From IMG/VR virus record IMGVR_UViG_3300032330_001137, positions 1 through 57,380 of that record: DNA of 57,380 bases, one strand, 5' to 3'. Source of the DNA: a virus. Its lineage: Duplodnaviria > Caudoviricetes. The notes beneath the pieces are model-generated. The model made no database searches and had not been told where the DNA came from. It saw only the letters and a program-made list of their open reading frames with translations. Shown one piece after another: positions 9,192 through 17,780 of this stretch. Numbering within the stretch: position 1 is the first letter of the stretch; every line of letters starts with the position of its first letter. Made by a program: the position numbers and the translations under genes.

Positions 9192-9544
9192 GTATATTAT
9201 AAGAGTATTTTAGGGGGGTTTCAAAATAACAAAAGATTGAAAAATCAATGAGTTACGATTTTCAAGTTTGAAAAAGCCTGAAAAACGTCAAATCTTTTCG
9301 GTATTACATTGGTTCGCAAGATTTCGGTTCTCCGACCGAAAACGGCCAATTCGGCATCGTTTTAACCTGAATCGATGCCGCGAGAGCCACGTTTTCGGGG
9401 GGCTGGAGGCGGACTGATCTTAAAAAATTACCGTTCGGGCATTTTCTTGCCAGCACCTTCGAAAAGTTTGAATAATTACTGATCGGGAACTTTTTTCTGC
9501 GACGGGAGGTTGAAAATCCTGTCTGGTTTTTTCAACCTGAACCC

Positions 9545-9802
9545 CTAACCTGCATCCTGAACCTCCTGCGCGGACAGGGCATCTCGCTTCCTTTTTCGGG
9601 ACTCGACGATCCTTTCTCGATTGGCGAGATAGTAGTTTCGGTTATACACACACACGGCTTCGCGCTTCTCTGGATCGATTACCGCATCCACTTCACGCTT
9701 TCGGATGATCCGATTCCGGTTCTTGATGTAGTAATTTCGTTGATACTGAAGGCGTTCTTCGCGTTTCGCTTTGTAGTATTGCTGCTTTTTTTCGTCGGCC
9801 AT
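9545..9802 (-). CDS. Small basic helical protein
   Basis: Repeated YY..NRERI-like motifs; preceded by TTGACA-17-TAGGGT-6-ATG. Confidence 0.7.
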   Translation of the reverse strand: MADEKKQQYYKAKREERLQYQRNYYIKNRNRIIRKREVDAVIDPEKREAVCVYNRNYYLANRERIVESRKRKRDALSAQEVQDAG

Positions 9803-9808
9803 GCGTGG

Positions 9809-9837
9809 ACCCTAAACCGAAAGCGGGATAGTGTCAA
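9809..9837 (-). promoter_or_regulatory. Leaderless sigma70-type promoter
   Basis: TTGACA-17-TAGGGT, 6 nt to ATG 9802. Confidence 0.6.
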
Positions 9838-10153
9838 ATTTTTTCCTATGCATACATATATGTATGCAAACGCGGCAGAAAAAACAGCCGACCCACCCGT
9901 GGCGTGGCTCATAACTTGTAACAACAGAGGTAATGCTGGATTGGCTGGCTGTTGATTATCAACGACTTGCATCAATTCACCACTGTTTCTTAACTGGTTT
10001 GAATGGTTACTATATAAGGGCTGCCAGATTCACCTACCATGAAGTATACTAATGGCAGGCACCGCAGCGGCGCGGCCTTGCTGTGATGCCTGTCAGCGGT
10101 TCGTTCCCCTGCTGTCCTGCAATGTTTCGATGAGAGGGGGAAACGAACGGCAA

Positions 10154-10182
10154 TTGCAACATCCGGTTGCAACCCGTATCCT
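10154..10182 (+). promoter_or_regulatory. Early promoter with overlapping dyad
   Basis: TTGCAA-17-TATCCT; palindrome TTGCAAC-N5-GTTGCAA at 10154-10172. Confidence 0.55.
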
Positions 10183-10208
10183 GATTCCCGATCGCTGAAA
10201 CAAATACC

Positions 10209-10760
10209 ATGAAGACTGAAACACAAACCACCATCGTTGAAGCCGCCACAGCCGCCATCACCGCCGCCGCTCTTGAAGCGGTCACCGCCATCGTAACGGC
10301 GAAGGCGGCTCTGACCATCGTCATCCGCGATCAAGTGAAGATTCTTGAGAAAGCAGGCATCTCCCAAAAGGAGATCGCCGCCATCGTGAAGGAAGCCGTC
10401 GGCACGGCGGCTTCGCCATCCCATATCAGCCGCACGCTGACCGCTTGCGGCGTCAGGCTTCGCGGCAAGCGGGCCGACGCAGGCTTTTTGCGCTTGGCCG
10501 ATGGTGCCTTGCAGGCGGCGATGGAAGCGAAGCCCGCCCCTGATAAGGGCGACGACGATGACGGCGAAGGCGACGACGATGACGGCGAAGGCGAAGGCGA
10601 AGGCGAAGGCGAAGGCGAAGGCGAAGGCGGCGGGCATACCGCTCAGACTCTCGCCGCTTTGCTGGCATCACTTGAGCCGCAACTTGTCGCCCGCGCTCTT
10701 GAAATTGCTGGCCTGATGGACTCCGATGGATGCGGCGGCGGATCATTCCGCGCAATCTGA
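10209..10760 (+). CDS. Early hypothetical protein (possible HTH plus acidic D/E-G tract)
   Basis: GISQKEIAAIV...SPSHISRTL; (GAAGGC)n encodes the EG repeats. Confidence 0.7.
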   Translation: MKTETQTTIVEAATAAITAAALEAVTAIVTAKAALTIVIRDQVKILEKAGISQKEIAAIVKEAVGTAASPSHISRTLTACGVRLRGKRADAGFLRLADGALQAAMEAKPAPDKGDDDDGEGDDDDGEGEGEGEGEGEGEGGGHTAQTLAALLASLEPQLVARALEIAGLMDSDGCGGGSFRAI

Positions 10761-10840
10761 AACTCCGCACCAGCAACGGTCAACCCTTAGTGAGCCTATC
10801 ACTAAGGGTTGACCTTCCCCATCATCCAATCCACAACCCT

Positions 10841-10917
10841 CCACCACCACCACCACCACCACCACCACCACCACCATGAGCACCACCACCACCACCACCA
10901 CCACCACCACCACCACC
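10841..10917. repeat. (CAC)n microsatellite, two runs split by ATGAG
   Basis: About 11 units upstream of ATG 10876, then 12 ACC codons before ATG 10918. Confidence 0.95.
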
Positions 10918-11232
10918 ATGAACACCTCCACCACTGCAATCATCCGCGCCGCACGTGCGCTATCCATCCCGCTGCTAAATCGCTCCATCTGGAGCGATCT
11001 GGCGGCGTCCTATAGCCTCCCCACCGTGTCGCCCGAGATGGCGGCATGGCTGGGACGCCATCCCGAAGCGGCAAACTCCGCGCCCGCCTCACGGGTCGGG
11101 CGCAAGCTCACCACCTCCGCGCTGGAGGCATGGCGGGTGCTTTACGCACCCTCTGTTCGAACCGTGCTGGCTGCGCCAGCCAAGCACAAGCCCGCCGCCA
11201 AGCGGGCTTACCGCGCCCAGCTTGTCGGCTAA
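10876..11232 (+). CDS. Early hypothetical protein (alternative start 10918)
   Basis: ORF lying between hairpins 1 and 2. Confidence 0.65.
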   Translation: MSTTTTTTTTTTTTMNTSTTAIIRAARALSIPLLNRSIWSDLAASYSLPTVSPEMAAWLGRHPEAANSAPASRVGRKLTTSALEAWRVLYAPSVRTVLAAPAKHKPAAKRAYRAQLVG

Positions 11233-11298
11233 CCCCAGCAACGGCCACTAGTGCAACCCGCACTAGTGGCCTGCCCTTTCATCCAATCCACCACCACC

Positions 11299-11610
11299 AT
11301 GAGCACCACCATCACCAAAACCGTTTTTCGAACCTTCCGCCAATCTGGCGAAACCATTGCCATCTTCCCAGAGGAACCTGCTGACATTCGCGGAGACTTC
11401 TGCATGTCATACATGCAGATCGGGCAGCACGGTGCTGCCTCGCCGATGGGCGCGGAATTTGCCAGCATCACCCGCCCCGCCACCCCAGAGGAGATTGCGC
11501 CGCTGCGGCGGGAGCTTGGGGCCATCGGCTACAAGCTCGCTCCGGTCCTGCGTGTCTCTTACAAGATGCATCAGGCCCGCCGCCAGAACGCCAACCCTTC
11601 CCGCCCATGA
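11299..11610 (+). CDS. Conserved early phage hypothetical protein
   Basis: VFR...GETIAIFP...CMSYMQIGQHG...PATPEE..PL.REL..IGY pattern. Confidence 0.75.
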   Translation: MSTTITKTVFRTFRQSGETIAIFPEEPADIRGDFCMSYMQIGQHGAASPMGAEFASITRPATPEEIAPLRRELGAIGYKLAPVLRVSYKMHQARRQNANPSRP

Positions 11611-11756
11611 CGTTCTCAGCCCTCGTTCTAATCGCCAGCCTTTTCGCCTCCCAGTGGGCGATCTTTGGGCTGGCCCGCGCCTTCCTCTACACGCCCGCCA
11701 TCGTCGCGGCAGCGGCTGCTCTGTGGCTCGTCGCCGCGCTCGCCGCCGCTCTGTGA
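11607..11756 (+). CDS. Small membrane protein (49 aa)
   Basis: ATGA overlap with the previous gene; MTFSALVLIASLFASQWAIFG...AAAALWLVAALAAAL; below the ORF-track cutoff. Confidence 0.6.
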   Translation: MTFSALVLIASLFASQWAIFGLARAFLYTPAIVAAAAALWLVAALAAAL

Positions 11757-11819
11757 ACCCCGAACCCCGAACCCTTAGTGCCCACGCACTAAGCGTTTCG
11801 GAGCTTTCTCAGAAAAGAA

Positions 11820-11847
11820 TTGACGGCACGCCGCCCGCCTGTAAAGT
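11820..11847 (+). promoter_or_regulatory. Putative promoter of the AAA gene
   Basis: TTGACG-16-TAAAGT; preceded by AGAAAAGAAT as is the 14021 promoter. Confidence 0.5.
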
Positions 11848-11894
11848 GGCGGCACGCTTGATTGAATAACAACTGAAACAGAAAGAACTAAAAG

Positions 11895-12956
11895 ATGAAA
11901 CTCCCATCCGCAAATATCGGCCAGCTCACTTCACTGGCCCGCATCGCCTTCCAATCCAATCGCTTTCTGGCGATCTATGGGAAGGGCGGAGTCGGTAAAA
12001 CGACGATACCCAAGACCATCATCGCGCCCGCTTTGGGCTTCGATGAGACGTGGATCGTGAATCTGTCAGGCTCAGGCCCGCAAGAGGCCATAGGCTACGG
12101 CATTCCCGACTCGACCACCAGAGATCTCTGGTTCTCGTCTCCCGAACAGTGGCCGACTGCCAAGCGCGTCGGCAGCAAGCGCGTCCTGCTGGTGCTCGAT
12201 GAATATCCCGAATGGGACGCATCGATTCAAAGCTTGTGCCGTTCGCTCTTCAATCCAACGGGCAACGCCCGCATCGGGACGCATGACTTAGGCGAGAACG
12301 TCCGCATCATCGTGACTGGCAACCGTCGCTCTGACGGCACCCGTTCCGCCGTGCCCGCCGCGCCATTCGTGGAGCGGTGCTTGTCGGTGTGCGTCGAGCC
12401 GACGCTGGACGAGTGGCTCGACTGGGCTGCGTCCACCGGACTGGCGGCATCGCCTGTCTACACGTTCCTCCGCTTCGCGAACGGCGAAGGCGTGGATCAC
12501 TTCAATCCTGACGTGCCCGCGCCGTGGGACGGCTCGCCGCATGCCTGCCCGAGAGCGTGGGAAGCGGCGTGCCGCATCGATGCGGATGAAGATCCGGCCA
12601 TGCTCTCGCTCGCTCTGCGCGGGCTGGTCGGCGAAGCCAGTGGCTCCGCTGCCTACGCCTTTTGCCAACTGGTCGCGGCGTTCCTGCCACGGCTCGCCGC
12701 CATCCGCGCCGGAACGGAACGCCTGCCTGCTGATCCATCGGAGCAGCACGCGCTGATCCACGCAGCGGTGCGGGTGGCTCGAAAAGAATCAGCCGCCGAT
12801 CCTGAGGCCGCTGTCGCCGCTGGCTCGCTCGACTGGCTGGTCCGCCTGCTGGTCTCCGCCAGCGGCGAGCTTAGACAATGGGGCTATACATGCGCCACCC
12901 GCAACGGCATCCCACTCGACCAGCACCCGCAGCGTTCTGCCATGCAAGGCGTCTGA
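11895..12956 (+). CDS. MoxR-like AAA+ ATPase
   Basis: Walker A GKGGVGKT, Walker B LLVLDE, sensor TGN, CPRAW lid motif. Confidence 0.85.
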   Translation: MKLPSANIGQLTSLARIAFQSNRFLAIYGKGGVGKTTIPKTIIAPALGFDETWIVNLSGSGPQEAIGYGIPDSTTRDLWFSSPEQWPTAKRVGSKRVLLVLDEYPEWDASIQSLCRSLFNPTGNARIGTHDLGENVRIIVTGNRRSDGTRSAVPAAPFVERCLSVCVEPTLDEWLDWAASTGLAASPVYTFLRFANGEGVDHFNPDVPAPWDGSPHACPRAWEAACRIDADEDPAMLSLALRGLVGEASGSAAYAFCQLVAAFLPRLAAIRAGTERLPADPSEQHALIHAAVRVARKESAADPEAAVAAGSLDWLVRLLVSASGELRQWGYTCATRNGIPLDQHPQRSAMQGV

Positions 12957-13042
12957 TCCACTGGCGGGCTTAGTGCGGATGCACTAAGCCCGCCTTCACT
13001 CGCCAAGATCTTCACTCTCCAGTAAAACAGAAAGAAAACATA

Positions 13043-13948
13043 ATGAACACCACCACCAACAACCTGTCCGTCATCAACTCACTTGTGCTTGTGAAATTCG
13101 GAAGCACCGCACCGTCGACCAGCGTCCTGCATAAAGGCGCAACGGCTAGCGTCTGCTCCACGAACGGGGCGAAAAAGAAGACCGCCCGTGTGCGGGTCAC
13201 CACCATCGAACGAAGCGGCACGGCTATCGGACGCGCTGCCTCGCTGGTCAATACGATCAGCCAAGCCATTCGCAAAGTGGCGTTGCCATGCCCGACCATC
13301 GAAGGCGCATCCTATGTGCAAGCGAAGGACGTGGACCACGTGCAACGCATCTTCGACGACGGTCTCGCCAAGCTGGCGGAGATCCGCCGCGAGATCTGCG
13401 CGGAGTGGCCCGCGCTGGTCAGCGAAGCACGCACCTCGTTGGGTGCGCTGGCTTACGAAATCGAGTGGCCGACTGGCTCCGACTTCGCCAGCCGCTTCGA
13501 TATCACGCTCACTTGGATGGGGCAACCCGCCGCGATCACGGGCACGATATTGGAAGGCGTAAGCAATGAAGTAGCGGCACGCGTCCGCGCCTCATCGGAA
13601 GCCAGCGTGAAGGCCGCGCTGCTTGAAGCGCACGGCTCGCCCATCCGCGACCTGCTCACGGAACTGATCGGCACGGCGTCTGTCACCGGAACCATCGATC
13701 AACTCTCGACGGGCAAGCGCATCCGCCGTGAGCGGTTCGACAACATCCGCGAGCACGCCGCCCGCATCAAGTCGCTCAACTGGCTGGAACTGCCGGAACT
13801 CGACACGCTGGTCACCGCGCTGGAAGCGTCGGTCGATGGCATCGATGGCGACTCTGAGCTGTCGAAGGGCACGCTCGATGCGGCGGTCGGCAAGATCAAA
13901 GCTGCCCGCGCTGTGGCGGAGAACACGCTCGCCGCTCTGGGCATCTGA
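13043..13948 (+). CDS. Helical hypothetical protein (DUF3150-like) between the AAA and vWA genes
   Basis: 301 aa with WP....F..RF motif; position in the AAA/vWA triad. Confidence 0.6.
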   Translation: MNTTTNNLSVINSLVLVKFGSTAPSTSVLHKGATASVCSTNGAKKKTARVRVTTIERSGTAIGRAASLVNTISQAIRKVALPCPTIEGASYVQAKDVDHVQRIFDDGLAKLAEIRREICAEWPALVSEARTSLGALAYEIEWPTGSDFASRFDITLTWMGQPAAITGTILEGVSNEVAARVRASSEASVKAALLEAHGSPIRDLLTELIGTASVTGTIDQLSTGKRIRRERFDNIREHAARIKSLNWLELPELDTLVTALEASVDGIDGDSELSKGTLDAAVGKIKAARAVAENTLAALGI

Positions 13949-14020
13949 TGCCCGCACCGCCGGAGGCTTAGTGCATCTGCACTAAGCCTCCGGCCTACCT
14001 TTCGAATAAGAGAAAAGAAT

Positions 14021-14049
14021 TTGACAAGCTCTCACATAGCCCGCATCCT
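14021..14049 (+). promoter_or_regulatory. Putative promoter of the vWA gene
   Basis: TTGACA-17-CATCCT; downstream sequence resembles that of the 10154 promoter. Confidence 0.5.
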
Positions 14050-14075
14050 GAATCCCGAACCCTGAATCCTGAAAC

Positions 14076-15575
14076 ATGAACGCCTCCATCACTCCCAACA
14101 TCAACGGCTCCGCCGTCCTTGATCAAGCCATGCGGCGCGTCCGCGATCACTGGCCGCTCGCCTACTCCAAGCTCCTCGCCATGCGCTGGAGCGAGACCAG
14201 CGGCACGGCTTACGGCTGCACCGACGGTCGCCAGCTCAAGCTCAACCCATTGGGGCTGGCTCGCCTCAACCGCACGTCCGATCCCGTCGGGCTGACTGCC
14301 TTCCTGCTGGTGCATGAGGCACTGCACGCGCTGCTCTCACACGGCGAACGCCTCAGCCGCCTGCAGGATCACAACACCGCCAACATCGCCGCCGACTACG
14401 TGATCAACGCCATGATCAAACGCCGCAACAGCGAGATTCTCGCCAAGTCGGGCATCATCCCGTTCCCGTTCATCGAAGGCATCCTCTTCGATGAAGCTAT
14501 CAGCAAAGACTTCAATGCGGAGGAACTCTATCAGCGTCTGCTTAAGCCGCAGCCGCAGCCGCAGCCGCAACCGCAACCCGATGAGTCGGGCGACGACGGC
14601 GAAGCTGGCGACGACGGCGAAGTGGGCGACGACGGCGAAGCTGGCAACGAAGCGGGCGACGAAGCGGGCGACGAAGCTGGCGATGAGTCGGGCGATGGTC
14701 AGCCATCCGATGAGTCGGGCAACGGCGATGCCGATGCTGGCAATGACAGCGGCGAAGGCGAAGCTGGCGGCGGCGAAGCTGGCGGCGGCAAAGCTGGCGG
14801 CGGCAACGCTAACGGAAGCGAACGCCAAACGGACAAGGAAATCTTGGGCGACAAGTGGGTGGGCACGGGCGCGGTCGATACGGCCAAGCCTGAGCTGGCT
14901 GGCGATGAGACGGCGGAACAAGTGGCCGACGAGATCGAAGCGTCGAACGAGTCCATCCTGATCGGTGACCAGATCGACAAGCGTGCTGGCATGAGCGGCG
15001 CGGGCGGCTCCCGCCAGATTCAACAGCAGCGGGCACGCACTGGCGGGCTGGACTGGGCTGACGTTCTACGCCAGTGGCTGACAGCACGGTGCGCTGGCGG
15101 ATGGGACAAGCCATTCAACGCGCCGATCTACACCTGCACCGGAACCGTCGCCGCTGGTCGCCAGAAGAAGGCACTGCCTGAGATCGTCGTCGTCGTCGAC
15201 ACGTCATGCTCCGTGCCTGACTCGCTGCTGGCGGAGATGCTCGCGCAACTCCAGCACTGCTTGGATACGCTCCGGCCTGAAGCCATCCATCTTGTCTCTT
15301 GCGACGCCCGCATCCGTGAGACGCATGAGCTGCGCGAAGGCGACTTCGTCCCGAACAAGCTGATCGGTGGGGGCGGCACGCTCTTCTGCCCAGCCTTCGA
15401 CTGGATGAAGGAGAACGTCCCGAATGCGGAGGGCATGATCTACCTGACCGATGGAGAAGCGTGGGACATGGGCAGCGTGGAGGAGCCGCCATGCCCGATG
15501 CTCTGGCTCGACTACGGCACGCGTGGCGCGTCTGCCTATCCTTTCGGTGAAGTGGTTTCGTTCACTCACCGCTGA
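14076..15575 (+). CDS. Metallopeptidase plus vWA-like protein (DUF2201-type)
   Basis: TDG, HEALH zinc motif, NIAADYVIN, acidic linker, MIDAS-like DTSCS, GGGGT, YLTDG. Confidence 0.85.
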   Translation: MNASITPNINGSAVLDQAMRRVRDHWPLAYSKLLAMRWSETSGTAYGCTDGRQLKLNPLGLARLNRTSDPVGLTAFLLVHEALHALLSHGERLSRLQDHNTANIAADYVINAMIKRRNSEILAKSGIIPFPFIEGILFDEAISKDFNAEELYQRLLKPQPQPQPQPQPDESGDDGEAGDDGEVGDDGEAGNEAGDEAGDEAGDESGDGQPSDESGNGDADAGNDSGEGEAGGGEAGGGKAGGGNANGSERQTDKEILGDKWVGTGAVDTAKPELAGDETAEQVADEIEASNESILIGDQIDKRAGMSGAGGSRQIQQQRARTGGLDWADVLRQWLTARCAGGWDKPFNAPIYTCTGTVAAGRQKKALPEIVVVVDTSCSVPDSLLAEMLAQLQHCLDTLRPEAIHLVSCDARIRETHELREGDFVPNKLIGGGGTLFCPAFDWMKENVPNAEGMIYLTDGEAWDMGSVEEPPCPMLWLDYGTRGASAYPFGEVVSFTHR

Positions 15576-15638
15576 TATAAACCAACGGGGGGAGCGCATC
15601 CGATCACGCTCGCAAACTGAAACAACAACCAACTGGAT

Positions 15639-16055
15639 ATGAAATACAAACTGACAGGCGAATCGAAAGAGATCGACGGCGTGACACTTTACAGAATCGA
15701 AGCCCTTAGGGCCTTTGGAAATGTGAGCGTCGGACATATAGGCGGATGGGTAGAATCGGAAGCTAACCTGTCGCATGACGGCAATGCTTGGGTCTACGAC
15801 GATGCTCAGGTCTACGGCGATGCTAAGGTCTACGGCGATGCTAAGGTCTACGGCGATGCTAAGGTCTACGGCAATGCTTGGGTCTACGACGATGCTCAGG
15901 TCTACGGCGATGCTAAGGTCTACGGCGATGCTCGGGCCTACGACAATGCTAAGGTCTACGACAATGCTTGGGTCTACGGCAATGCTTGGGTCTACGGCAA
16001 TGCTAAGGTCTACGGCGATGCTTGGGTCTACGGCGAGATAGACTCACTTCAGTGA
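15639..16055 (+). CDS. Hexapeptide-repeat (left-handed beta-helix-like) protein, copy 1
   Basis: LYRIEAL..FGNV..G.IGGWVESEANLSH followed by (VYGDAK/VYGNAW)n, an 18-bp DNA repeat. Confidence 0.85.
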   Translation: MKYKLTGESKEIDGVTLYRIEALRAFGNVSVGHIGGWVESEANLSHDGNAWVYDDAQVYGDAKVYGDAKVYGDAKVYGNAWVYDDAQVYGDAKVYGDARAYDNAKVYDNAWVYGNAWVYGNAKVYGDAWVYGEIDSLQ

Positions 16056-16065
16056 GACCGAACCA

Positions 16066-16090
16066 AAAAGTCAAGACGGTCTTGACTTTC
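16066..16090. terminator. Palindrome/terminator between the paralogs
   Basis: AAAAGTCAAGAC-G-GTCTTGACTTTT. Confidence 0.5.
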
Positions 16091-16147
16091 CCCGATGCGT
16101 AGCTTTCCGCTGAGATGGAGCACCAACACTAAACAAAACAGAACATC

Positions 16148-16819
16148 ATGAAATACAAACTGACAGACGAATCGAAAGTGATTAACGGCGTGACGCTTTA
16201 CAGAATCGAGTCCCTAACGGCCTTTGGAAATGTGAGCGTCGGAGATATAGGCGGATGGGTAGAATCGGAAGCTAACCTATCGCATGACGGCAATGCTTGG
16301 GTCTACGACGATGCTCAGGTCTACGGCGATGCTAAGGTCTACGGCGATGCTCGGGCCTACGACAATGCTAAGGTCTACGGCAATGCTAAGGTCTACGGCA
16401 ATGCTTGGGTCTCCGGCAATGCTAAGGTCTACGGCAATGCTAAGGTCTATGGCAATGCTTGGGTCTGCGACAATGCTAAGGTCTACGGCAATGCTTGGGT
16501 CTGCGACAATGCTAAGGCCTACGACAATGCTTGGATATACGGAGATGCTCAGGTCTACGGCGATGCTGATGTCTTCGGAAATGCTGTGGTCTCCGGCAAT
16601 GCTCTGGCCTACGGCAATGCTCGGGTCTACGACAATGCTTGGGTCTCCGACAATGCTAAGGCCTACGACAATGCTTGGATATACGGAGATGCTCAGGTCT
16701 ACGGCAATGCTCTGGCCTACGACAATGCTCAGATCTACGGCAGTGCTCGGATCTCCGGCAGTGCTGAAGTCTCCGGCAATGCTAAGGTCAATGCTGTGGT
16801 CTGCGGCAATGCTGCCTGA
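16148..16819 (+). CDS. Hexapeptide-repeat protein, copy 2
   Basis: Near-identical N-terminus to copy 1 with a longer repeat tract. Confidence 0.85.
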   Translation: MKYKLTDESKVINGVTLYRIESLTAFGNVSVGDIGGWVESEANLSHDGNAWVYDDAQVYGDAKVYGDARAYDNAKVYGNAKVYGNAWVSGNAKVYGNAKVYGNAWVCDNAKVYGNAWVCDNAKAYDNAWIYGDAQVYGDADVFGNAVVSGNALAYGNARVYDNAWVSDNAKAYDNAWIYGDAQVYGNALAYDNAQIYGSARISGSAEVSGNAKVNAVVCGNAA

Positions 16820-16882
16820 GCCCGAGCCGCTGCCGGAATCTGCCGAAACCCCAACACAAAACCAAACTGAAACCAAAACAAA

Positions 16883-17068
16883 ATGCATACTGATACCATT
16901 ACCATTGGACGCAATGTCCATCTCACCATCGCAATCATGCGGGCTGTGGCCGCACGACAAGCCGCAGCCGAAGCGAAGATGCAACGGAAGAATCGAATCA
17001 TCCGTGCAATCAAGCGCACGCTGTTCCTGATCCCTGCAACCTCAATCCGATTCCGGTTCAAGCCATGA
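16883..17068 (+). CDS. Small basic hypothetical protein
   Basis: A-rich leader; ATGA overlap with the next gene. Confidence 0.55.
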   Translation: MHTDTITIGRNVHLTIAIMRAVAARQAAAEAKMQRKNRIIRAIKRTLFLIPATSIRFRFKP

Positions 17069-17370
17069 TCAACAAACGAATCCAAGCACGTGCCGCCAAG
17101 CGGGAGGCCGACGCCGCCGAAAGACACCAGCGTCTCGTCGCTAGTGCGGCTGTCACTAAGCTGCATGAGTGGGCCACGCTGCGGCAAGTCAACGAATGGT
17201 GTGCCGCTGTGCGTAACCAGATGGGGCTGGGACCGATGGATGAGATGCCAATGCCGAAGCTGCTCGCTGACATGAGAGCGAGCCGACACGTCACCATCGA
17301 TATCGGAAAGCTCGACCAGCCAGCACGCGCTCGACTGTTCGCCGCGATCACGTCCATCTTGACTAAGTAA
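17065..17370 (+). CDS. Hypothetical protein
   Basis: Translationally coupled 101-aa ORF. Confidence 0.65.
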   Translation: MINKRIQARAAKREADAAERHQRLVASAAVTKLHEWATLRQVNEWCAAVRNQMGLGPMDEMPMPKLLADMRASRHVTIDIGKLDQPARARLFAAITSILTK

Positions 17371-17375
17371 ACAAA

Positions 17376-17480
17376 ATGGAAAACAATCCAAGAGACATCA
17401 TCGCCGGAGCAATCCTGCAAGCGATCTGCTTGATAATCGTAGGGGGCGCGGCTCTCATACTGCTCATATCCCACTTGTAA
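17376..17480 (+). CDS. Small single-TM peptide (34 aa)
   Basis: MENNPRDIIAGAILQAICLIIVGGAALILLISHL fills the gap between neighbours. Confidence 0.5.
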   Translation: MENNPRDIIAGAILQAICLIIVGGAALILLISHL

Positions 17481-17492
17481 ATTGATTGATAA

Positions 17493-17780
17493 ATGAAACA
17501 CGTAACACAAAAACTAATCGAAGTCGGCGGGCATCCCGTTGACGTGAAGGCACGGATCGAAAAGCACGGATGGGTGGTCATCACCTTCACTCCTGCATTC
17601 TCAATCCGCTCATCGAAACTGCATCTTCCTTTTGCGCGGGACGCATTCATCAACTCCATCATCTGCGGGCTGTTGGATAATGAATCGCCCGACTACGAGA
17701 AGAAGTTCGGTGAGGCATACGCTGAATTGAATGCGACCCTTGAGCTTGTCACCGGAAACTTCAATGCTGAGGAACCCTGA
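17493..17780 (+). CDS. Hypothetical protein
   Basis: 95-aa ORF in the operon. Confidence 0.6.
   Translation: MKHVTQKLIEVGGHPVDVKARIEKHGWVVITFTPAFSIRSSKLHLPFARDAFINSIICGLLDNESPDYEKKFGEAYAELNATLELVTGNFNAEEP

Larger units (their letters stand above)
10778..13994. repeat. Family of five intergenic hairpins with a conserved core
   Basis: 10778-10814, 11243-11271, 11774-11793, 12963-12994, 13959-13994; core TAGTG(C/A)-N4/5-(G/T)CACTA. Confidence 0.9.

Noticed and set aside
10809-11015. Poly-His ORF
   Set aside because: An alternative frame of the (CAC)n tract with a TTG start inside a hairpin; the ATG frame at 10876/10918 is better supported
9533-14064. Short CCTGAA(C/T)-like heptamer runs (also near 51701)
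   Set aside because: Too short and degenerate to distinguish from chance without statistics
15775-16800. 18-bp repeats as a CRISPR array or DGR template/variable pair
   Set aside because: The repeats are contiguous, in frame and lack spacers, and no reverse transcriptase is present
9990-17391. Many long minus-strand and alternative-frame ORFs (e.g. 9990..10637, 14337..15023, 16277..16984, 16284..17030)
   Set aside because: Shadows of GC-rich or repetitive plus-strand genes
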